Below are positions 42,344 to 50,305 of a stretch of 52,629 bases of DNA, one piece after another. The notes below the pieces were generated by a model. The model ran no database searches. It saw only the letters and a list, made by a program, of their open reading frames with translations, and was not told the DNA's origin. The translations under genes and the position numbers were made by a program. The DNA comes from a virus, in IMG/VR virus record IMGVR_UViG_3300009494_000004, positions 1 to 52,629 of that record. The stretch is one strand, 5' to 3'. The number at the start of each line of letters is the position of its first letter. Position 1 is the stretch's first letter.

Positions 42344-43179
42344 AGACTGTCCTTTAGCATGCGTTTCGCCTCGTTGACTATGACCGACGAATCCGGCAAC
42401 CACATTTTCTTTTGTCTCCAGTGCGCATCGCCTGGACTTTGCATTGTCTTGACGCGCGTATTAAACGGATTCCAATGACTTTGAACCCGTAGACTGTGGT
42501 CGCGGCACGTTTGCCAACACAACTGTGGAAGCCCGCACAGTGTCGCCAGGTGTGCTGGTCCCGACTGCGGACTAATGATGAGTTTCGACGACGCCATTAA
42601 ATCCGTTAATGCGGTAAGGTTAATATCTCGGCAATCCGTGCCCCCTACGTGCAAAGACGACTCAGATTTTCCAATACATACGACGCTGTATCCGGCGCGC
42701 ATAAGCGATTCTGAAACTATCTTTGCATGCTTTTTCGGCCAATTCCTAAATCCGGTGCTGCATTTGTCGGTATCGCGAACATGGAGCAAAACATCCGGTA
42801 CAAGGCAACCGTCGACCTTTTTGCCCAACCGAATAAGCGACTGCCGCGTAGACCAATACTGTGAATCCCACCACCGCTGCGGATACGCATCCGGTTTTAT
42901 CCATTCCGCGTTTGGCGCAAAATCCTCAATGTAAAAGCGAAAATTCGTGATTTTCTGTCTATCGACAGATCGGTCGTAACACATATCAGTTTGGTTGTCG
43001 CCTTCGCCGAAATGTAATATGTCGTCGGCAAAGTCCGTATATAGTGCATCGTGTCCAGCCCGACACGCGACGACGACTCGGTCGTACTTCGGCGCAATTT
43101 TCCTGAGAAACCCCTGCCAACAAAACAGTTCCCAACCGAGCTCGCCTATGAATGGTCCGGCAAAAAGTGTCTTCATCAT
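42340..43179 (-). CDS. Glycosyltransferase, GT9 (heptosyltransferase)-like GT-B fold
   Basis: N-terminal [12 protein letters not shown] and C-terminal [19 protein letters not shown] resemble GT9 enzymes. AAGGAAA Shine-Dalgarno. Confidence 0.5.
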   Translation of the reverse strand: MMKTLFAGPFIGELGWELFCWQGFLRKIAPKYDRVVVACRAGHDALYTDFADDILHFGEGDNQTDMCYDRSVDRQKITNFRFYIEDFAPNAEWIKPDAYPQRWWDSQYWSTRQSLIRLGKKVDGCLVPDVLLHVRDTDKCSTGFRNWPKKHAKIVSESLMRAGYSVVCIGKSESSLHVGGTDCRDINLTALTDLMASSKLIISPQSGPAHLATLCGLPQLCWQTCRDHSLRVQSHWNPFNTRVKTMQSPGDAHWRQKKMWLPDSSVIVNEAKRMLKDSL

Positions 43180-43194
43180 TTTCCTTATTTAGAG

Positions 43195-43219
43195 CAGGCC
43201 GGGTTTTATGCCCGGCCTG
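43195..43219 (-). other. 9-bp GC-rich stem-loop between genes (weak terminator candidate; no U-tract)
   Basis: caggccggg-ttttatg-cccggcctg. Confidence 0.3.
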
Positions 43220-43261
43220 ATTCAGCGGCCTACCGATCCGTGTAACAGCTACGCCGATTCG

Positions 43262-43921
43262 TCAGTCACTTTTCTTGCCGGACGTGGCATCCTTCAGCTC
43301 TTTTGTAGTCATCACCTTGCCGACTTTGTCCTTAAATGACTCGCGGAACTTGTAGCTCTCCCAGTCGCTTTCGACTTTTTCCGAAAGATCGTCGTCCAAA
43401 GCGAAGGCTTCCGGCGCGACAGAAATGTCGTCGAAGAACGTGAATTCGCCCTTTTTAACGCCAGTCAACAGCAGGTCGTGCTCGAAGATTTTCTCTCCCC
43501 ACTGCTTGAACTGCTTAAACAGCCGCTCGTATATGGGTTTCGACATCGCCCAAAGCACGAATTTGTATTCGATGTCCTCAATTTCCATTTTCTTGCCAAG
43601 CGTGCCGTCGCTCTTTACATCATACACAGCAACCGGCACAATATAGCGTGGATCGGGCGGCTTGCCGGTAAGCTCCTGGTCAAATCCCGGTTTCACTTCG
43701 CGATAACGTCCGTCGACAATTTCGTACTCCGTCAGAGTTTGCACTGAACCAACTTTGTTCTGGTCGATATAGGAGCAGTATTCGCGATGTGGCGGACACA
43801 TAAGCATAACGCGCGTCACCTTGCCCGGCTCGGCCTTCAGCCAATCGAGGCTATTCTGTCCCGCCTCTGCCGGATCGTACCAATCGGCGTTGACCTTTTT
43901 CTTCTTGCTTTTTTTCGACAT
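43262..43921 (-). CDS. Hypothetical protein (possible ssDNA-binding/annealing role from position only)
   Basis: 219-aa ORF with a Lys-rich N-terminus, a DWYDP motif and an AGGA Shine-Dalgarno. Confidence 0.45.
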   Translation of the reverse strand: MSKKSKKKKVNADWYDPAEAGQNSLDWLKAEPGKVTRVMLMCPPHREYCSYIDQNKVGSVQTLTEYEIVDGRYREVKPGFDQELTGKPPDPRYIVPVAVYDVKSDGTLGKKMEIEDIEYKFVLWAMSKPIYERLFKQFKQWGEKIFEHDLLLTGVKKGEFTFFDDISVAPEAFALDDDLSEKVESDWESYKFRESFKDKVGKVMTTKELKDATSGKKSD

Positions 43922-43976
43922 TTCACCATCCTTTTTTCCGGTTATAGTTTTTTCTTCAGTTCATGTAAATTCGCGA

Positions 43977-44039
43977 AAACGCCGCGACAACGGGGCTTCT
44001 GTGTCTTTCCAGTGTCCGCCCCGGAATAGCGCGGCGTTT
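43977..44039 (-). other. Nested inverted repeat (10-bp outer stem aaacgccgcg/cgcggcgttt, 6-bp inner stem cggggc/gccccg); candidate terminator or attenuator
   Basis: Read directly. On the minus-strand RNA the outer stem is followed by UUUUCGCGAAUUU. Confidence 0.35.
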
Positions 44040-44047
44040 GCAAACGG

Positions 44048-44269
44048 TTAGAAGTCATCGTCATTGTTCAACCTGAACAGCGTCCACAGTTCGTCAGCCG
44101 GGACCGAGAACGGCCAGTCGGGGTTAGTGTCCTGTACGACGTACACAGTACCGTTCCGCAGGATATCGTCGTGCCGATACCCCCTGACGACTGTATACGG
44201 GTCGCCGTACCTTTTACAGACCAGCTTCGTCCCCTTTGGCAGGTCGCGGTCAAGCGTAAACGTGCTCAC
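44048..44269 (-). CDS. Small protein ending in an acidic tail plus Phe (…NNDDDF)
   Basis: The GTG at 44269 overlaps the upstream TGA (GTGA). The longer track ORF (to 44410) would overlap the upstream gene out of frame. Confidence 0.45.
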   Translation of the reverse strand: MSTFTLDRDLPKGTKLVCKRYGDPYTVVRGYRHDDILRNGTVYVVQDTNPDWPFSVPADELWTLFRLNNDDDF

Positions 44270-44505
44270 AGCAACCCCCCCGCAGCGAGCTTGCGTCGCA
44301 TAGCAAGAACCTCCAGTTCGCGGTCGGCGAACGTTTTTGTTTGCGCAGCCGCCTCGGATTGTGTCACGGCGACCTCGCTTCGCTTGCCGCGCGCAATAGC
44401 GCGTTGACATGTCTTGCAGTACGATTGCCGCCCGTCAAACTTAGCCCGGTCCGCCCAAAATTCGCAAAGCGGCTTTACTTTCAGACAATATGGGCATTTC
44501 TTCAT
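44266..44505 (-). CDS. Stand-alone CxxC...CxxC zinc-ribbon protein
   Basis: CPYCLKVKPLCEF......DGRQSYCKTC. Paralogous to residues ~185-225 of the product of 44814..45704. ATGA-coupled. Confidence 0.5.
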   Translation of the reverse strand: MKKCPYCLKVKPLCEFWADRAKFDGRQSYCKTCQRAIARGKRSEVAVTQSEAAAQTKTFADRELEVLAMRRKLAAGGLL

Positions 44506-44795
44506 CGGACCTCCACAAGGTCGCGCTTCGAGATTTTCGTATACAGCGACTTAATCTCCAGGACTTCGTGTTCGGTCGCGACCGCGTACGCTATCGTCTT
44601 CCAGTCCGCGACCGAAACCGGCGTCCGCTTGACGTGGATAACGTCGAAGCCGACGCGAACTTCGCAGTCCGCGCCGATCTCCTCGATAACACGGTCAATC
44701 TTCGGACGGAGCCTGGCCTCAATATCCCTCAGCTCGGCCTTCAGTGCGGCCTTCAGCTTCAGCAATCTAACGTCTTCCCGATTGAGTATTGACAC
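44502..44795 (-). CDS. Hypothetical protein
   Basis: GTG start with AAGGA 8 nt upstream. 97 aa. Confidence 0.45.
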   Translation of the reverse strand: MSILNREDVRLLKLKAALKAELRDIEARLRPKIDRVIEEIGADCEVRVGFDVIHVKRTPVSVADWKTIAYAVATEHEVLEIKSLYTKISKRDLVEVR

Positions 44796-44813
44796 GGCTT
44801 TTTCCTTACCCCC

Positions 44814-45704
44814 CTATTGCGTAGTTTTCTTAGTGGCCTTTTTGACGGCTTTTTTCGCGGTCTTTTTCACGGCTTTAATCTTTTTGATCTCCGAAGCCTT
44901 CGGTGCCAGAGCGGCGGGGTCGTTATTGTTGCGCAACTTCGCGGTTTTTTTTGGTTTGGCCGATCTGGTCCGCTTTGTCTCAACAGCCTTCGATATGGCC
45001 TTAGCAGACTTTTCGGGTATATTCGGCCCGGCTTCACGTCGCTTCTTCTGATAGGCACACTCACACACCTTGCAGTGGCTAAGCTTACCATCCGGTGACT
45101 TCGTTTTTTTGTGAAAATCAGTCAGCGGTAAAATTTTTTTGCAACGCGCGCACCGCTTCTCGCCTTTCGGCGCGTGCTTCACTGTCGACGTTCGTTTGGC
45201 GATCTGCTTAGCCGCCTTTTCGCTGAGCGTCTTCAGGTGTTCCGTTGGCTTCGAACTTGTAACAGTCTTCCTCGACGTGGCTTTCTTCGACTTTGCAACT
45301 CCAGTCGAGTCATCGAATTTGTCGTCCGTTTTTGTCAATTTCATGTCCTTCTCCTTATTGAAGGTTTCGGTTATTGGTTCTCTTTTGTCAGCGAGCAGAT
45401 CGCCAAATTTTTTCAGCATCTTATTGAAATCGCGTCTTACGATTTTACGTCCCTTATCGGCAAGATATCCAGCGATACCTTCGGCCGCTTCGCGCCTTGT
45501 GTGGTAAATCGGCGACATGCCGCACCCGGTATGAAGATCCGACACGTTCCACGCCTCGTTGTCGTACTGCATCGAACCGTCAACAATAGAAAGTAGCTTT
45601 CGGTGCACAAACGGCACGAGGAAACCGAATCCCTTCATCGGCGGCAGATGGTAGCCTTCTACCTCGAAAATCCCCGCCCTTATTCGCAGCTTCGCCGTTG
45701 ACAT
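44814..45704 (-). CDS. DNA-binding-like protein: N-terminal globular domain, zinc ribbon and a histone-H1-like Lys/Ala-rich tail
   Basis: CARCKKILPLTDF.......DGKLSHCKVC followed by KPKKTAKL...KKIKAVKKTAKKAVKKATKKTTQ. Confidence 0.5.
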   Translation of the reverse strand: MSTAKLRIRAGIFEVEGYHLPPMKGFGFLVPFVHRKLLSIVDGSMQYDNEAWNVSDLHTGCGMSPIYHTRREAAEGIAGYLADKGRKIVRRDFNKMLKKFGDLLADKREPITETFNKEKDMKLTKTDDKFDDSTGVAKSKKATSRKTVTSSKPTEHLKTLSEKAAKQIAKRTSTVKHAPKGEKRCARCKKILPLTDFHKKTKSPDGKLSHCKVCECAYQKKRREAGPNIPEKSAKAISKAVETKRTRSAKPKKTAKLRNNNDPAALAPKASEIKKIKAVKKTAKKAVKKATKKTTQ

Positions 45705-45711
45705 TTTTACC

Positions 45712-46485
45712 TTATTTCTTCTCCATATTTTTCAATTTAGCCTTTGCCTCATCAACCTCAAACTTGGATTCTAAGATAGTGACTTTTTCGGCCTTTATGT
45801 CCCGTATCGCGGCGATCTGGCCATCCTTACACTGTTTACAGATACCATGCGACTCGCCGGTTTTCCGGGTCTTCTCGAACTCGTCGTCCTTAAGGGCGAT
45901 AAGGATGAACTCGGACCCGTCGTACCCGCGTACGACATACGACCGGCACCACGCGCAGAGATGAACGGCGTCCAGCTTACAGCATGACGCTATAAAAGTC
46001 TCGCGCCGAGTCTTTTCGACGCCGACGGTTTCGCAGCTAAGAGCTATTTCGTAAAGGTCAACACCAAATTTTTTGCAGACCGCAAACGCCTGACCCATCA
46101 TCCAGTCGTATTCATCAGCAATGATGTCGTCTATGGCCTGTTCATCGTCGTCACTATTGATTTTCGTATAGTCGGCGAACAACATATCGGGGTTAAAGCA
46201 AACGCCAATCCATTCTCGGCAATGAACCAAAAACTGTTTGACATCCTTAAGATTTTCAATTTTCACAGGCAGCTTTGGAATATCGCGAACCACGTCAGTC
46301 TCAACATTATGCTCAGCAAGTTCGTACTCAAGCTCCTCGGCCTTAATAGCCGCCCATTGAACATCAGTTACGCAATATAATGTAGCGGTTTTGCCATCAC
46401 GATATACAACCTCAACAGTATAAAGGTCATTAGCTTTCCAACTTACGATTTGAGCAACCTTTTTACGATCTGTCTGGTTTTCCAT
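45712..46485 (-). CDS. Hypothetical protein
   Basis: The ATG at 46485 is preceded by AAGGAGA. The track start (GTG at 46509) coincides with the predicted +1 of promoter-like motif P3. Confidence 0.5.
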   Translation of the reverse strand: MENQTDRKKVAQIVSWKANDLYTVEVVYRDGKTATLYCVTDVQWAAIKAEELEYELAEHNVETDVVRDIPKLPVKIENLKDVKQFLVHCREWIGVCFNPDMLFADYTKINSDDDEQAIDDIIADEYDWMMGQAFAVCKKFGVDLYEIALSCETVGVEKTRRETFIASCCKLDAVHLCAWCRSYVVRGYDGSEFILIALKDDEFEKTRKTGESHGICKQCKDGQIAAIRDIKAEKVTILESKFEVDEAKAKLKNMEKK

Positions 46486-46516
46486 TACAATCTCCTTGTT
46501 AAGGGTCACTTATATA

Positions 46517-46536
46517 GTAAGCGAATCCCGTGCCAA
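46517..46536 (-). promoter_or_regulatory. P3: sigma-54-type -24/-12 promoter-like motif TTGGCAC-N5-TCGCTTAC (minus strand)
   Basis: The reverse complement reads ttggcacgggattcgcttactatata. It shares 16 identical nt (attcgcttactatata) with P1 at 1125..1150. It lies in the only sizeable intergenic gap inside the early operon. Confidence 0.5.
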
Positions 46537-46654
46537 GATCCAGAAAAAACCGTAACACGTTGAAACACAATACAATAGCGTAATCGACGAAAGGTCAACC
46601 GCAGAAAAAATGCAAAAAAGTGTGGGTTTTTAGCCATATTATGTAGATCGCTAC

Positions 46655-47926
46655 CTATACTTCCTCACGTAGCCATTCAAGACGAGAAAAATCTTGTATA
46701 ATCATGTTATCGTTGTCATAAATAACGCGAGATATTTTCGCATCAAAGGGACACGCAGCCCGTGTAAGCGCCGCCGCGACGGCCCGGATAAGATCCTCTG
46801 ACGTGTTTACTGGAACGTTCTGCGTAACGTGCGCGGGTTTCGCACCTTTGTCGTAACTGAGTTTGAAATCGTCCGGCAGACCCATAAAATCCATACACTC
46901 CCGCACGGACATAAATCTCGACTTGGTCGGATGCTTCCACCACCTCATCCCGTGGATCATCAGGGTTGGCGTGAGATCGCGCACAAGCACCGGAGTCTCC
47001 CGGCGAAAACCAAGACCCTGGTCCGTCTTTGCCTTGACCTTAATTACGATGTCGTTCCACTGTTTCGCGTTCGCCCGGTACTCGTCACCGCCCCTGACAC
47101 GCGGACGGACCGACTCGGCGGCAAGCCACGCAATCAGCTCCGAAAGTAAACCCTGCTTGACGGCTAACGAAATAACGTAACTTTTGGCGTTTGGCTCTCC
47201 CCCAATACTAACATTTTTCGAATCTATCCAGCCCTTGCGACGCGCATAACGAATCAAGGAGTCATTGGCGTAATTACTATTAAGAAACTCCTCGTCGTGC
47301 GGTCGCGTACCGAATACTTTACCGCATCTTTCGAGAAACTCCGAAACTGCCAACGGCCTTCCCCTTGTCTCCAGGGCGATAATCCTGGGCGTACCCTTCC
47401 ACAAAAGGCCGTACGTACGCCTTCGCTTCTGCGGTATCCCGTGGTTCGCCGTATTGACCTTTACCATAGTGAGTGAGTAGCCCAGGCTTTTTGCAAGCTC
47501 GGCAACACGCTTCGCCATCGGACGCCCCTTGTCCGTCGCCAGCAGGGGCGCGTTTTCAAATACGTGTACACCCGGACTGAAAGCCGTTATGGCGTAGCGA
47601 ATTGTCCGCGTAATCCAGTCGTTCGTTGGACAGTCGCAGCCTTTCGTTGGTGAATTATTCCCCATCGACAGACCGCCACACGGCGGAACGGAATGCGTGA
47701 TATCTATACGAGAGAATTTATCCGTGTTCGTTACGAAATACGGAACCTTTGGCCAGTAGCTCCTGAGACTTGACGAGTGCGCGCCGCCGAATACATTTCC
47801 GGCCCCGTCAAGCATATCAACAATGACCTCCGGCAGTCGGCCGATTGCGCGCGCCGCGCCAATGGCGAGTCCACCCGTGAGCGGCATGATGGCTGCATGC
47901 GTTAAATTTGTTTTCCGTCTCAGCAT
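46655..47926 (-). CDS. Divergent DNA cytosine-C5 methyltransferase-fold protein
   Basis: Motif IV-like PPCGGLS (canonical PCQ), motif VI FENAPLL (ENV), motif VIII QKRRRTYGL, and C-terminal RECMDFMGLPDDF and QNVPV (canonical GNAVP). Confidence 0.6.
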   Translation of the reverse strand: MLRRKTNLTHAAIMPLTGGLAIGAARAIGRLPEVIVDMLDGAGNVFGGAHSSSLRSYWPKVPYFVTNTDKFSRIDITHSVPPCGGLSMGNNSPTKGCDCPTNDWITRTIRYAITAFSPGVHVFENAPLLATDKGRPMAKRVAELAKSLGYSLTMVKVNTANHGIPQKRRRTYGLLWKGTPRIIALETRGRPLAVSEFLERCGKVFGTRPHDEEFLNSNYANDSLIRYARRKGWIDSKNVSIGGEPNAKSYVISLAVKQGLLSELIAWLAAESVRPRVRGGDEYRANAKQWNDIVIKVKAKTDQGLGFRRETPVLVRDLTPTLMIHGMRWWKHPTKSRFMSVRECMDFMGLPDDFKLSYDKGAKPAHVTQNVPVNTSEDLIRAVAAALTRAACPFDAKISRVIYDNDNMIIQDFSRLEWLREEV

Positions 47927-48993
47927 AATTTTCTCCTTCGTAAAATTGTTCTGACTATTTTTGGTATTTGAACGGACATATCGTTTTCCGCAAAGTAATT
48001 CGACATTGCTTTTTGGTATGCGATCACAGTAGAGACCCTCGAAACCGTTCTCCGTATCCTATCGATATCGCCTAAGCCGGTTATTAATAGGGACTTGAAC
48101 TCGTCCGGAACAAGATATTCGAGTCGGTTATCAATCAGAGGAAGCACGCCGGATGACACAGTTTGAACGAGCTTGTTGCAAGTAGCTCGGCAATTAACCA
48201 CCTTCTTATTCATTGTGCAAAGCTGCCCCCAGCGGTTCGGCAACATATCCAGCAGAGTTTTTTGCGGTACTTGTCCGTGAAAATGGACGTCCGGTAACCC
48301 GGCCTTTTGCTTATTCGTCCATCTGCCGTACACGTCTATATCCCCGAACCGTGACAGGAACTCGGTCTTCTCCCCTTTCCTGGAGTTCCCAAAATACACC
48401 GCACGCTTACCCGGTAACGGTCTCCTTATCGGAACGGAGGCGCCACTCCAGTAAACCGCGTCAATGTCAGCGTAGAAAAAATTGTCCACAGGAAGGGGGA
48501 TATTGCGGCATCCGTTCCATTCGGTCGCGAGTCTGTCGGCGTCTCTCCCGAAGTGGAGAACAAACACCCTGTTCGGGTCCAGCCTTTCTATCCCCCACTT
48601 TCTGTAGACGTCCGTTCGATTCGGGCGGTATAGAAACAGGTCACGCAGCGAAGCTGTGAAATCCGTGAAGTAGTAAATAACCGGAAGATTGGATTTCTGG
48701 ATTGTCAGATATTTTACAAGTTCTCTACGGGTAAGCGAATTACTTTCCCAAACGAGATTCGGGTTGTCGTAAAATTTCATATTCCATTCGAAATCGAACG
48801 GTATAGACTGAAACAGCAGTATTGCGTCCGCCTCGTCGATATCGTCGACGAAGTCACATCCGCTTTTGTCGCGTATCCCGCGCCAGGTCAACCATACGCC
48901 GGTTCCGCACCGTTCGAATCTTTTTTTGGTCGCCGTCGAGCTATCGACGGCGCGGTTGAAATTCATCGGGTACAACTTCGGACGTCTTCTCAC
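47920..48993 (-). CDS. T4 DNA beta-glucosyltransferase-like protein (tentative)
   Basis: VIYYFTDF (T4 bGT IYYLFTD, holding the catalytic Asp), AVYFGNSRKGEKTEFLSRF (T4 VIYGGSFRSGQRESKMVEFL) and FHGQVPQKT (T4 FTGKIPMNM) occur in the same order and at similar spacing in a protein of similar length (357 vs 351 aa). The T4 sequence is recalled from memory. Confidence 0.45.
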   Translation of the reverse strand: MRRRPKLYPMNFNRAVDSSTATKKRFERCGTGVWLTWRGIRDKSGCDFVDDIDEADAILLFQSIPFDFEWNMKFYDNPNLVWESNSLTRRELVKYLTIQKSNLPVIYYFTDFTASLRDLFLYRPNRTDVYRKWGIERLDPNRVFVLHFGRDADRLATEWNGCRNIPLPVDNFFYADIDAVYWSGASVPIRRPLPGKRAVYFGNSRKGEKTEFLSRFGDIDVYGRWTNKQKAGLPDVHFHGQVPQKTLLDMLPNRWGQLCTMNKKVVNCRATCNKLVQTVSSGVLPLIDNRLEYLVPDEFKSLLITGLGDIDRIRRTVSRVSTVIAYQKAMSNYFAENDMSVQIPKIVRTILRRRKLC

Positions 48994-49000
48994 TTCACGC

Positions 49001-50305
49001 CTATCTTCCCATAAGCTTATTCAAATAACGGTCCACGTTTACCTGAAGCCGCGCAAGCGGGCCGCGCGTGGCGTTCCAAACGAACGCCATCGTCCCGCGC
49101 TTCTGCCAATTAAAGGACTTCAGCCGATGCCATTCGTTCGGCGCAGTTATTCCCGGCAGATACTCGACAGACACGCCTTGCTCTTCCATTGTGGACGGCT
49201 TGCTGGAGCCTTTACGGTGCTGGTCACCGAGGTGCCATTCGCGGTATCCGTTCTTCGTCCGCGCCCACGCCTCCGGCATTTCGTTCGCCATAAGCGCCGC
49301 GAGCCGTATTGGCGCGACGCTGTGCCCGTGCTCGTACCCTATGAGATTGCATCCGTATTCATGAAATTTGTACGGCGACGACGTTGCGTCCACCGTCACC
49401 TCCGGGTCGTTCTTGTAGTACGCCTGAAGCACACGGCCAAGCATGAACGACGTCGTCCGGTCGTGGTTTCCAGGAATGAAATAAAGACGAACCGGCGCAA
49501 TCTCGCGCACTCTGTCGACAATCTGTATAGCGAGCGCTTCGCCGGTCACGAACGTGTTGTAGTATGCGTCCGCCTCCGGCTGCCCGGTGTGCTGCGTAGT
49601 TTCCTGCCATATCGTGTCGGAGTGGAAGAAATCGTTTCCCATTGGCATCACAATTTCTTCAAATGGCCCGAACGAAGCGGCGAGGCTGATTATTTCCTCC
49701 AACGACTCCATGACCATCTGCGCACAAAACTCCGGCGACCATTCAGCGTCGGACGCGGGCTTGAACGTTCGCATCCCATAGTGCGGATCCATAAGCGCGA
49801 TCTCGAGCGCGTTACGTTCATTCTTCTGCCCTAACTTCAGCCGTCTGATTTTCGGTTTCGGCGACTTACTCTCCAGTTGCATAAGCAGCTTACCGACGGC
49901 GTCCTCGACGACCTCCGGCACGGCGCGCTCAAACACTACTTTAAGTCGAACATTCTGAACTGTAAACGGCTTGTCCTTTTTTTCCGGTTCGCGAATCTTC
50001 ATCGTCACGTCGTAACTGGAATGCTCAAAACTTTTAACGCGCCACACCGCCATATCGACATTCAGTTCACATATAATATCGTCAATAGTTGCGAACCTGC
50101 ATCCGTCGGCTTCGACAACCCACTGACCACTTTTCTTTTGCTGCTTAAAGACGTTTTTCTGAATTTCGGTTTTGTCGTCCAAACGGTCAAACCTCCTCTT
50201 ATAAACATTTTCAGATATACCGAGGCTCCGCGACGCGGCGGCTTTATTACCAAATTTTACGTACGCTTCACGTATTTGTTTGTCGGTAGCTTTTAGTTTT
50301 GCCAT
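49001..50305 (-). CDS. Calcineurin-like metallophosphoesterase with an N-terminal HTH-like region
   Basis: LMDPHYG (DxH), MGNDFFHSD, IPGNHDR (GNHD/E) and GYEHGH. N-terminal AASRSLGISENVYKRRFDRL. Confidence 0.6.
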   Translation of the reverse strand: MAKLKATDKQIREAYVKFGNKAAASRSLGISENVYKRRFDRLDDKTEIQKNVFKQQKKSGQWVVEADGCRFATIDDIICELNVDMAVWRVKSFEHSSYDVTMKIREPEKKDKPFTVQNVRLKVVFERAVPEVVEDAVGKLLMQLESKSPKPKIRRLKLGQKNERNALEIALMDPHYGMRTFKPASDAEWSPEFCAQMVMESLEEIISLAASFGPFEEIVMPMGNDFFHSDTIWQETTQHTGQPEADAYYNTFVTGEALAIQIVDRVREIAPVRLYFIPGNHDRTTSFMLGRVLQAYYKNDPEVTVDATSSPYKFHEYGCNLIGYEHGHSVAPIRLAALMANEMPEAWARTKNGYREWHLGDQHRKGSSKPSTMEEQGVSVEYLPGITAPNEWHRLKSFNWQKRGTMAFVWNATRGPLARLQVNVDRYLNKLMGR

